A DNA stretch of 46,652 nt, taken from the NCBI GenBank assembly GCA_001778635.1, contig MFHO01000001.1, forward strand, positions 1-46,652, in the 5' to 3' direction. Below the pieces are notes generated by a model that did no database searches, was not told the DNA's origin, and was given only the letters and a program-made list of their open reading frames with translations. Origin of the DNA: Candidatus Giovannonibacteria bacterium RIFCSPHIGHO2_02_FULL_45_13 (GTDB taxonomy: Bacteria; Patescibacteriota; Minisyncoccia; UBA11713; 2-01-FULL-45-33). Position 1 is the first letter of the stretch, and every line of letters starts with the position of its first letter. Shown here one piece after another: positions 7,424 through 15,536 of the stretch. The translations under genes and the position numbers were made by a program.

Positions 7424-8014
7424 TTGGAAACAACCGTTATTGTTGTTGTGTCGTGTCATTTTGCCGAAAAGGACAAACTTTGCCCAACGACCCTTAACCG
7501 CTTGTCTCATGCGCTTAAGTGCGCCGCCGAGTGCGAGATTTCAGAAGGAAGAATCGATGTTGCTTTTGTGGTGACCGGCAATGTGCCTTATGAAAAGGGC
7601 AGCAAAACATTGGCTGAACTTATGAGAGAGTATTTATTTAAAAACTACATACATCTGATTTATACTCGGGTGCATATCGGAGAGGGCGTGGGTATCTTTT
7701 CTGAATCGCGCAATGTAACTCACGATGTAAGGAAATTGATACATGATGCGTCAAAAATCATTGTTGTGTCTTCCAACTGGTATTTTTGGGCAGGCGCGCC
7801 GCTTTGGAAAAAATTTGGACAGGAGAACGGCCTTGAAGTCCAAATTTTACCGATTTATGGAACTGGCGGCTGGAAAACTAAATTGATCTATGCTGTCTAT
7901 GGTTTAATCGTGCGCGCGTCGTTGATTTTCGGTTTCAGCTCGCTTGTTGAGAAACAACTTACCAAAATGCAATTAAGCCGCAAGGAAGGTTTTACTTTCG
8001 ACGGCTGCCGATGA
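7424..8014 (+). CDS. DUF218/YdcF-like protein (TTG start)
   Basis: 196 aa. The pattern ...TGNVPYEKGSKTLAELMREYL...KIIVVSSNWYFW... resembles the DUF218 (YdcF/ElyC/SanA) core. GGGGG lies 8 nt upstream of the TTG. The function call is by eye only. Confidence 0.45.
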   Translation: METTVIVVVSCHFAEKDKLCPTTLNRLSHALKCAAECEISEGRIDVAFVVTGNVPYEKGSKTLAELMREYLFKNYIHLIYTRVHIGEGVGIFSESRNVTHDVRKLIHDASKIIVVSSNWYFWAGAPLWKKFGQENGLEVQILPIYGTGGWKTKLIYAVYGLIVRASLIFGFSSLVEKQLTKMQLSRKEGFTFDGCR

Positions 8015-8027
8015 GCGTTGTGTGCTC

Positions 8028-8789
8028 CTAGCTTAATTTATGCTGGGGGCTTTTATTTTTTCTGAATTTCAGCGCAAGAACGACATAGAGCGAATCAAAA
8101 ATGTCGCGGAGGGTGCTTTTGGAGGAGCCGCCTCTGCGTTCTAAAAATTGAATTGGGACCTCTTTGGTTTTCGCGTCCATGCGCAGCATTTCGTAAAGCC
8201 AATGGATTTTGTACGCGTAGTATTTTGAGAGCAGTTTGTTTGCATCAAACGGCAAATTTTCAGCGAATCCGGCAACGCGCGAAAGTTTAAAGCCGGAAGT
8301 TGCGTCGTTTATTGGCAGACCCAATATCAGCTTGGCGGTTAAACCGCCAAGCTGGCTTAAGAGCTTTCTATAAAGCGCCCATTCTGCGGGAATTGCGCCT
8401 CCGGCAACATATCGCGAGCCGATTACATAATCGTGCCCATTATCAAATTCTGCGATGAGTCTCGGAATATCGTTTGGATCATGCTGGCCATCGCCGTCAA
8501 ATTCAATTACGGCGTCCGCGCCGAGATTTTTTATTGCGTGATTAAATCCATAGGCATACGCGGCTCCTATGCCTCTTTTTTCTTTTTCTTTAATTAAAAA
8601 AATATTCGGATAGCGCGCGGATGCAGCAGCTACGGCCTCGGCCGTGCAATCGGGCGAATTTCCGTCAACAACTAAAATTCCCATTCGATGATTCGGGATT
8701 TTTTTAAATACTTTGGCGCAAAGAATATTTAAAAGCGCGCCTATGTTCGCCGCTTCGTTATAAGTAGGGATAATGACAAAAATTTTCAT
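8028..8789 (-). CDS. GT2 polyprenol-phosphate mannosyl/glycosyl transferase (Dpm1/Ppm1-like)
   Basis: MKIFVIIPTYNEAANI..., VVDGNSPDCT, GIGAAYAYGF, IEFDGDGQHDPNDIPRLI. It is soluble and short (253 aa), as in Ppm synthases. Confidence 0.8.
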   Translation of the reverse strand: MKIFVIIPTYNEAANIGALLNILCAKVFKKIPNHRMGILVVDGNSPDCTAEAVAAASARYPNIFLIKEKEKRGIGAAYAYGFNHAIKNLGADAVIEFDGDGQHDPNDIPRLIAEFDNGHDYVIGSRYVAGGAIPAEWALYRKLLSQLGGLTAKLILGLPINDATSGFKLSRVAGFAENLPFDANKLLSKYYAYKIHWLYEMLRMDAKTKEVPIQFLERRGGSSKSTLRDIFDSLYVVLALKFRKNKSPQHKLS

Positions 8790-10405
8790 TTTAATTTATA
8801 TATTTCTATCTCTGGGCCCATTTCTTTTATTTGAAACAGGACTAGGGGACTCTTTAAAAATTGGCTTTCAGCCAAAGATATCGCTGTTTCTCCAGAGCCG
8901 AATGTTCGCATGAGCTCGCTTTTTTCTAGCACATTTTTGAAATATTGGCTATTTTTGTAAGTTGGTTGGATAACCAAATATTCGTAATTGTTTTGTTGGA
9001 TGTAGCTTTCCACGTTTTCGTAGAAGTTTTGGTTGCCAGCGTCAAACAGATTCAGGGCGTGGAAATTCGGTTTTCCTAGTTCCGCGTCGGCCCGGTCAAC
9101 TTTTCTTAAAGACGAGGAATCAATTTTTTCTTGCTCTGATATCGCTTTCTCTGTTGTGGAAAAGCGCGTAAGCCGCGCAAGCACGATGATCTTGGTCCCC
9201 GGCGGTAAATTTTCTTCGGCCCACCTTCTTGCAAGCACGCGAGAATCGTTTTTTATCGCAAGCCAGTCAAAGCGCAGGACGAAGACAAGCGGAATTAAAA
9301 GAACAAGCAGAAATATTTTTTGCGGTACCCCGGAGGGCAATTTTTTTTGAATTTCATAAAATCCGTAGCCGGCCAAAATCGCGTAAAACGGCAAAAGCCC
9401 CATAAAAAATCGCGGCTCAAATCTGAAAACCAGATAAAAAATTGCGCTGTAGGAATAAATAAACGCGGCGAAAGCCCAAAAAACGCGGCGGTGATTTTTA
9501 AATGTGAAAACTAAGCCTAAAATCGTGAACGCAATCAATATAAATTCCGATGTTGCTATTGTCTTTGCAAAGTAGATTGGACTTGCAAGCGCGCCTAAGA
9601 TGGTTTTTGTGGTTTCCTCTGTTGTGTCTGCCCGGAAGCCGAGACTTCCGGGATAAAGCAAATAGGGCAGCGCGGCGAGCGCTGCAAACACAGAGAAGAG
9701 GCTGTAGAAAAACTTTTCTTTAAGCGCGCCCAAAATCGTTTTTTTGTCGTATATTGTGTGCCACAAGACAATAAGCGCTGCGAGCAGAATATTGATTATC
9801 GCAAATCCAACGCCTATTCCGGCGGATATGGCAGCGCAGAGATATCTTTTCTTTTCGGATAAATGTTCACGCGAAAGCCAAAAAAGCGTAATCGCTGCAA
9901 ACAAAAAAAACGATAGCCAATGGCGGCTTACCATTGAAAGCGCTGTGTGGATCAAACTTGTTGAGACAAAAAAAGCGGCTAACAGCGCGGGGCGGCGATC
10001 TCGGAAAATATTTTCCGTGATTTTATAAACTAAAAAAACCGAAAGAGTTGCCAAAACAACGTTAATTGTGCGCGCAATAATGTAAAACCACGAAAGGTCG
10101 GTTAAAAGAAATGAAGCAAAAAGAGCGCTTGGGCCGTCATATAATAACAATTTTATTGCAACAAGAGCCGCAAAAAACGGCAAATATAAATAAGAAAGAT
10201 AAGGCGGGTAGTAAAGAACAGTCTTGAAATCCGCCAGTTGCGAAGCCGGAATCAAAGTTTTTAACTGCAGCATTTTAAGAGCGGCCAAGGTAAACGGCGG
10301 TTCGTCATCAACAAGCCAAAGCGGGAGTCCGTAGCTTATGCCAACGATTCTTGCGAGAAAAGCAAGGGCTAATATAAAAATAAGTGATTTGTTGAGAGAC
10401 TTCAT
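8786..10405 (-). CDS. GT-C fold membrane glycosyltransferase (GT39/PMT_2/ArnT-like)
   Basis: 539 aa with more than 10 hydrophobic helices. The first-loop acidic motif is LWLVDDEPPF, and the C-terminal domain is soluble. A 4-nt overlap links it to the downstream Ppm-like gene. Confidence 0.7.
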   Translation of the reverse strand: MKSLNKSLIFILALAFLARIVGISYGLPLWLVDDEPPFTLAALKMLQLKTLIPASQLADFKTVLYYPPYLSYLYLPFFAALVAIKLLLYDGPSALFASFLLTDLSWFYIIARTINVVLATLSVFLVYKITENIFRDRRPALLAAFFVSTSLIHTALSMVSRHWLSFFLFAAITLFWLSREHLSEKKRYLCAAISAGIGVGFAIINILLAALIVLWHTIYDKKTILGALKEKFFYSLFSVFAALAALPYLLYPGSLGFRADTTEETTKTILGALASPIYFAKTIATSEFILIAFTILGLVFTFKNHRRVFWAFAAFIYSYSAIFYLVFRFEPRFFMGLLPFYAILAGYGFYEIQKKLPSGVPQKIFLLVLLIPLVFVLRFDWLAIKNDSRVLARRWAEENLPPGTKIIVLARLTRFSTTEKAISEQEKIDSSSLRKVDRADAELGKPNFHALNLFDAGNQNFYENVESYIQQNNYEYLVIQPTYKNSQYFKNVLEKSELMRTFGSGETAISLAESQFLKSPLVLFQIKEMGPEIEIYKLK

Positions 10406-10409
10406 GGGG

Positions 10410-10438
10410 TTTACTATACATAAAATTTTCGTTATAAT
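10410..10438 (+). promoter_or_regulatory. Promoter TTTACT-N17-TATAAT, 7 nt upstream of the ATG at 10446 (leaderless-type geometry)
   Basis: -35 at 10410-10415, -10 at 10433-10438, and no SD before the ATG. Confidence 0.5.
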
Positions 10439-10445
10439 CTAGAGC

Positions 10446-11150
10446 ATGAAACTTTCGATTATTATTCCCGCATACAACGAGGAAAATACGATTTTGGAAA
10501 TTCTCCGGCGGATTGAGGTTGTGGATTTGGGCGATATAAATAAAGAAATTATTATTATTGACGATGGTTCAACCGACGGAACGCGCGATATTTTGAGGGG
10601 CCCAGAACAATCCGACAAATATAAAATTTTCTACCAGAAAAAAAATTGTGGCAAGGGCGCGGCTCTGCGGCGCGGATTTAAAGAGGCGACCGGGGATTTT
10701 ATTGTTATTCAGGACGCGGATTTGGAATATGATCCGGCAGATTTGCCCATAATGTTGGCGCCGATTTTAAATGGTCGGGCAAGTATTGTATTTGGTTCGA
10801 GGGCTTTGCGCAAAAACAATGTGCCGTTTAGCGCGATTTATTTTTACGGAGGTATTCTGTTGTCAAAAATATTCAACATATTATTCGGAACAAAACTTAC
10901 CGATATAGCCACTTGCTATAAACTATTTCCGCGCAAATTTGTTCCGCAATTGATGCATTTAGCCACCAACAATTTTGTTTTTGATGTGGTAGAAATTACT
11001 TATAGCCTTTCCGGACTCGGGAATATTGTAGAAGTTCCTATATCTTACAAAGCTCGCAGTAAGAAGAGCGGCAAGAAAATGAGCGCTTTACACGGCATTA
11101 AATGTTTATTCACAATGTTAAGGATAAAATTATCATCACATGTTTTTTGA
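10446..11150 (+). CDS. GT2 family glycosyltransferase (Dpm1/polyprenyl-phosphate sugar synthase-like)
   Basis: LSIIIPAYNEENTI, IIIDDGSTDGT, KNCGKGAALRRGF, VIQDADLEYDP. Confidence 0.8.
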   Translation: MKLSIIIPAYNEENTILEILRRIEVVDLGDINKEIIIIDDGSTDGTRDILRGPEQSDKYKIFYQKKNCGKGAALRRGFKEATGDFIVIQDADLEYDPADLPIMLAPILNGRASIVFGSRALRKNNVPFSAIYFYGGILLSKIFNILFGTKLTDIATCYKLFPRKFVPQLMHLATNNFVFDVVEITYSLSGLGNIVEVPISYKARSKKSGKKMSALHGIKCLFTMLRIKLSSHVF

Positions 11151-11967
11151 TTATCAAATATACAGATTGTTCGTCGCTTGCGTAAAATCCATAAAACTAT
11201 TTTTTGCATCCAAACGATTCTTGCCGATGAATTTGTGGCTAGATTTTTGGCTTACGCATCGGAGAGAAACCATTGTTAATGTGAGCAATATAAAATTATT
11301 TATTCGCTCAGAGAATTTAAAATCAAAGCTAGCAGATTTATATATGGTTACAAATTGCGTGATAGATAGGCAATATGATTATGCGCCAGGAGTTTTAAGT
11401 CAATGCGGGGTGATTATTGACATCGGAGCGCACATTGGCTCATTTTCTGTTTATGCGGCACGGCAAACAGAAGATTCCTCAATTTTTAGTTTCGAGCCAT
11501 CGCCAGAAAACTATTTTCAGTTTAATAAGAATATTGCGTTAAATAGGCTTACAAATGTGCATCCATTCCAAAAAGCCATCGCCGCGCATAGCGGAAAGGC
11601 GCCTTTTTATTATGATCTGTTTAATAATGCCGCTCACAGCCTCATTAAAGAAACTAAAGATTTTATCAGTGTGGATTGTACAACACTGAAAGAGACATTT
11701 TTAGATTTTAAAATTGAACAATGTGATTTTTTAAAAATAGACTGCGAAGGAGCTGAATACGAAATATTATTTAATACTCCCGCCGAAATACTTAAACGAA
11801 TAAAGCGCATTGCGCTTGAGTATCATAATCCAATATTTTACGGCGTAAAAAACGTTGAACATACCTCGGAAAATTTAGCGCGCTTTTTAAACAAAATGGG
11901 ATTCGAAACAAAAATTTTACCAGAAAATCGCGCCCAAGGCATGTTGTTGGCCGTGCGCAGACAATAA
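11140..11967 (+). CDS. FkbM-family SAM-dependent methyltransferase
   Basis: IIDIGAHIGSFSVYAA, FSFEPSPENYFQFNKNI, FLKIDCEGAEYEIL are hallmark FkbM blocks. Confidence 0.8.
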   Translation: MFFDYQIYRLFVACVKSIKLFFASKRFLPMNLWLDFWLTHRRETIVNVSNIKLFIRSENLKSKLADLYMVTNCVIDRQYDYAPGVLSQCGVIIDIGAHIGSFSVYAARQTEDSSIFSFEPSPENYFQFNKNIALNRLTNVHPFQKAIAAHSGKAPFYYDLFNNAAHSLIKETKDFISVDCTTLKETFLDFKIEQCDFLKIDCEGAEYEILFNTPAEILKRIKRIALEYHNPIFYGVKNVEHTSENLARFLNKMGFETKILPENRAQGMLLAVRRQ

Positions 11968-11968
11968 A

Positions 11969-13246
11969 ATGAAATCAAAATTTTCAAAAACAGAGATTTT
12001 TCTATTTTGTTTGGCGTTCGGGGTTCGTTTTTTGTACGCGATTTTTGTGCAATTAAAATTCGGATCGCACGGCTTTTTGGCTTATTCGGATGCCCTTTCT
12101 TTTTATCTTCAGGGCGCGGAAAATTTAATCAACCACCATATTTTTAGTTTAAATACCAACCCACCGTATATGCCGGATACCTACCGCACGCCGCTTTATA
12201 CATTTTTTGTCGCGTTTTTTCTTTGGTTTAAATCGCCGTTTTTTTTAATAATTTTTGCACAGAACATTATGGCCGGATTTATCAGCGTCTTAATTTATCG
12301 CATCGGCTTATTGCTGAATTTTTCTTACGGCGTGAGCGTTTTCGCGTCGGTTTTAACAAGTCTTGAGCCGGCATCTATTTATTGGAACAACCTTTTAATG
12401 TCGGATTATCTTTTTGCTTTTTTGTTTGTTTTTGCTTGTTATTATTTTTTTCTTAAGCGCTATTCTGTTTTTGCTGTAATGCTTGGGTTTGCTACGCTTG
12501 CGCGGCCGATTAGTTTATATTTTATGCCGTTTTTTCTGCTGTTTATTTTATGGCGGGGGAGAGAAAAAATTCCGTGGGGGCAGATATTTGTAACGACAGT
12601 TTTATTTTTAACTGTGCTTTTTCCGTGGGCGCTGCGCAATAAAATCATATTTGACACTTGGGAGCTTAGCTCTGCTTCTTGGTACAATATTGACATGTTT
12701 TTAGTGCAGAGATTTGCTAGCAACCAGAACCTCGCTTTTTCTCGGCCGGAAATTCCAGACGGCTATCCAAATCCGCAGACTTTTTATTACGATTTTGCGA
12801 ATACGCCGTTTTATAAAGAACAGTTTTTTAAGGTTTTGAAAGCGCATCCATTTGCTTATATTAAATTTCATTTGTCTTTGGCGTGGCAGTCTATTTGGAA
12901 TAACCACTATCAATATTTGATAAACTATGTGATAAAACCCAAACTGCCGATTTTGCTAGATGGCATATACGGCGGTTTAATCGGGGCGTTTGTAATTACT
13001 AGCAACATGGTCAAAGTTGTTTTATTTGGATTATTTATATTGAGCTATTTTGATCAACGCAGCAGGCCGTGGTTTAGCCTTTTTGTTATGGTTATGGCAG
13101 TAAATACATTAACTCTCGGCAGTGCGGCATATCTTGGTGCTGATGTTAGTCGCTACAACATTCCTTTAGCGCCGTTTGTGTTTCTTTTTGCCGGAGTCGG
13201 CGCGAGGTTTATATATAATCATTTAAAATATGCTGTCTCGAGATAA
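11969..13246 (+). CDS. Polytopic membrane protein, GT-C-like glycosyltransferase
   Basis: 425 aa, about 11 hydrophobic segments, an early loop YSDALSFYLQGA, and proline/aromatic-rich loops. Family assignment is by architecture only. Confidence 0.5.
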   Translation: MKSKFSKTEIFLFCLAFGVRFLYAIFVQLKFGSHGFLAYSDALSFYLQGAENLINHHIFSLNTNPPYMPDTYRTPLYTFFVAFFLWFKSPFFLIIFAQNIMAGFISVLIYRIGLLLNFSYGVSVFASVLTSLEPASIYWNNLLMSDYLFAFLFVFACYYFFLKRYSVFAVMLGFATLARPISLYFMPFFLLFILWRGREKIPWGQIFVTTVLFLTVLFPWALRNKIIFDTWELSSASWYNIDMFLVQRFASNQNLAFSRPEIPDGYPNPQTFYYDFANTPFYKEQFFKVLKAHPFAYIKFHLSLAWQSIWNNHYQYLINYVIKPKLPILLDGIYGGLIGAFVITSNMVKVVLFGLFILSYFDQRSRPWFSLFVMVMAVNTLTLGSAAYLGADVSRYNIPLAPFVFLFAGVGARFIYNHLKYAVSR

Positions 13247-14819
13247 TTTTATTTTATTTTTTTTATTTCTAATTTTAATTGTCTTTGGGGCATGGCAGTT
13301 ACCCAAAAGCCCCGCTACTTGGTTTGACGAGGGGATTAATTTGGGTATCGCTAAAAGCTTGATTCAAGACGGCGTTTACAGCTTAAAAATCGGACCGGAC
13401 GAGTTTGTGGAGAGCCGCCAATTTTTGATTACGAGCAATTATCCGGTTTTGCTGCCGGTGGCCTTATCCATAAAACTGTTCGGATTTAATTTGGCCGCGG
13501 CGAGAGCGCCGATGGTCTTGTTTTTATTTTTGTTCGCGCTGGCCGCTTATTTTTTAGTAAAAAAACTTTACGGAAAAACTGCGGCTCTTATGAGCGTTGC
13601 GCTGATTGTGTCTTTTACGCCGTTTTACGGCAACGGTAAGGCGGTTTTGGGAGAAATTCCTGGGTTATTTTATTTTCTATGCGCGCTGATTCTGCTTATA
13701 CTGCCAGGCAAGAAACCAAGCCGGGAGTATTTTTGCGGGTTTGGAAGCGAGCAAGCATGGTTTTTTCGCAGAGCGAAAAATTGCGAAGCTTTCACCCCGA
13801 GTTCCGGCGCTGGCCGGAACGAGGAAAGCAAAAACACTGCTCGGCTTGTTTTTAATCTGCGCTTGCTTTTTGCCGGCTTTTTTGCCGGCCTTTCTGCGGC
13901 AACAAAGCCGTTTTTTCTTATCGTGCCGATCGCGATTTTTGCCGGCGAGATTTTTTCACTTGGAGGCTTAGCCTCCAAGTTAAAAAGAATCGCGGTTTTG
14001 GCGGCTGGCGCGGTTTTGCCGATGGCCATTTGGCTTTACACGATTTTGCCGAGCTTTTCTTTCGGCGGGTTTTTATCGGCCATTACGTATTATTCCAATT
14101 CTTACGCTTCAACGAATTTCGGTAATTTAATCTGGGCGAATTTTCTGCGATTTTTCACCGAATCAACCCCGATCCATTTTGCTGTTTTATTTCTGGTGTC
14201 CGCCGCGTTTTTGGTATGGAAAAGAAAATCAAAACCGCGCTCCTCAACACTCGGTGTTGAATCCCCAAAAACACCGAGTGTTTTCCCGCGCGGTTTTGAT
14301 TTTATTGAAAACACATTGGCCATTTTTGTTTTGCTAACTATGGCTTTTTACCTCAAAACCCCCGGTTGGTACCGCTATTTTTTCCCCGCGCACATGATTT
14401 TATTTTTGATTTTCCCGGCTGCTTTGATTTATTTACTCAACAAAAAAATCGCAATCTCTGTGGTTGTTTTGTTATTTTTATTCCAGCTTGGATACACCAT
14501 TAATCAAAGAAACACAAGCATATATTATTCCGATGAAGCGGAAATGTTTTCAAAATATGTTATGGAAACAACAGCGCCGCAGGATAAAAATTTAATAATT
14601 AACGGACCAAGCGCCGCGTTTTTGATTGAGAATAGGCAGGTTTATCAGTATTTACAAATAAATCCCGTATTGTCTTTCGGGCGCGGCGATGCCGCGGAAT
14701 ATTCTTATATTGCTGTACAAGGCGCTTGGCCCGAGAGCTTGGATCAAAATCTCAAATCTGATTATACGGTTCATAAACAAGTCGGCCATTATGCTTTATA
14801 CAGAAAAATAAATTTTTAG
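13230..14819 (+). CDS. GT-C fold membrane glycosyltransferase (ArnT/PMT_2-like) carrying two in-frame palindromic inserts
   Basis: The N-terminal loop motif is ATWFDEGINLGIA (the DE motif of ArnT/PMT). The protein is polytopic with a C-terminal soluble domain. See the repeats at 13717-13848 and 14225-14303. Confidence 0.6.
   Translation: MLSRDNFILFFLFLILIVFGAWQLPKSPATWFDEGINLGIAKSLIQDGVYSLKIGPDEFVESRQFLITSNYPVLLPVALSIKLFGFNLAAARAPMVLFLFLFALAAYFLVKKLYGKTAALMSVALIVSFTPFYGNGKAVLGEIPGLFYFLCALILLILPGKKPSREYFCGFGSEQAWFFRRAKNCEAFTPSSGAGRNEESKNTARLVFNLRLLFAGFFAGLSAATKPFFLIVPIAIFAGEIFSLGGLASKLKRIAVLAAGAVLPMAIWLYTILPSFSFGGFLSAITYYSNSYASTNFGNLIWANFLRFFTESTPIHFAVLFLVSAAFLVWKRKSKPRSSTLGVESPKTPSVFPRGFDFIENTLAIFVLLTMAFYLKTPGWYRYFFPAHMILFLIFPAALIYLLNKKIAISVVVLLFLFQLGYTINQRNTSIYYSDEAEMFSKYVMETTAPQDKNLIINGPSAAFLIENRQVYQYLQINPVLSFGRGDAAEYSYIAVQGAWPESLDQNLKSDYTVHKQVGHYALYRKINF
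13717..13848. repeat. 132-bp palindromic (MITE/REP-like) element embedded in-frame in a CDS
   Basis: The termini CAAGCCGGGAGTATTTTTGC (13717-13736) and GCAAAAACACTGCTCGGCTTG (13828-13848) are imperfect inverted repeats. The inner perfect hairpin is GTTCCGGC-GCTG-GCCGGAAC (13801-13820). Length is 132 bp, which equals 44 codons. Confidence 0.6.
14225..14303. repeat. 79-bp nested perfect palindrome embedded in a CDS
   Basis: The outer 16-bp arms are AAAATCAAAACCGCGC (14225-14240) and GCGCGGTTTTGATTTT (14288-14303). The inner 13-bp arms are AACACTCGGTGTT (14246-14258) and AACACCGAGTGTT (14270-14282). Confidence 0.8.
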
Positions 14820-15536
14820 AATATCTTTTAACGTTTGAAACGAATCGCGGAGCACACTAATGTTGGACTTTCCTATGGTTTCCAAAACAACTGGAACCTC
14901 TTTTATTTGGAGCCCGGCGCGTTTTGCTTTGACCAAAAGTTCCAAATCAAAAGCAAAGCGGTCTATTTTTAGACTTGGCAGAAATTCCTCGGCGGCTTTT
15001 TTGGTAAGTCCTTTAAGCCCTGCCTGCGTGTCAGAAAATTCGAGATGAAGTAGATGGCGGACTAAAAACCCAAAACCCCAGTGGGTCAGATGTCTCACAA
15101 AGCCGATGTCGGAAGTTGGGTGTTGGGTGTTAGATGTTAGACCCGCCTGCCGGACGGGCAGGTTTCTATTGGCGATTACTAAATCCGTCCCGGATTTTAA
15201 AAGTTCAATCATTTTTTTAAAGTAACTTGTGCCGTACGGCAAATCTGCGTCGGTAAAAATAATAATGTTGCTTGAGGCGGCAGAGATGCCCTCGCGGACG
15301 CTCGCGCCCTTGCCGAGATTCATTTTGCGATCAATGAATTTAATCGCAGGATTATTTTGCGATTTCGCGCTTATGATTTCGGCTGTTTTATCCCAACCGC
15401 CGTCATTTATTACAATAATTTCTGCATTGAAATTTTCGGCGCCCAAAAAGTTCGTGAGCCTGTCTATGCTCTTGCCTATCACCGCCTTGTCGTTATAAAC
15501 TGGGATAATGATAGAAATTTCCGGAGCTAAACTCAT
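14796..15536 (-). CDS. GT2 family glycosyltransferase (polyprenyl-phosphate sugar synthase-like, soluble)
   Basis: ISIIIPVYNDKAV, IIVINDGGWDKT, NLGKGASVREG, IFTDADLPY, FSDTQAGLKG (the DxQ.G.K block). Confidence 0.75.
   Translation of the reverse strand: MSLAPEISIIIPVYNDKAVIGKSIDRLTNFLGAENFNAEIIVINDGGWDKTAEIISAKSQNNPAIKFIDRKMNLGKGASVREGISAASSNIIIFTDADLPYGTSYFKKMIELLKSGTDLVIANRNLPVRQAGLTSNTQHPTSDIGFVRHLTHWGFGFLVRHLLHLEFSDTQAGLKGLTKKAAEEFLPSLKIDRFAFDLELLVKAKRAGLQIKEVPVVLETIGKSNISVLRDSFQTLKDILKIYFSV
15115..15162. repeat. Four tandem 7-nt units followed by a GC hairpin, inside the GT2 CDS
   Basis: GTTGGGT GTTGGGT GTTAGAT GTTAGAC (15115-15142), then CCTGCC-GGACG-GGCAGG (15146-15162). Confidence 0.7.
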
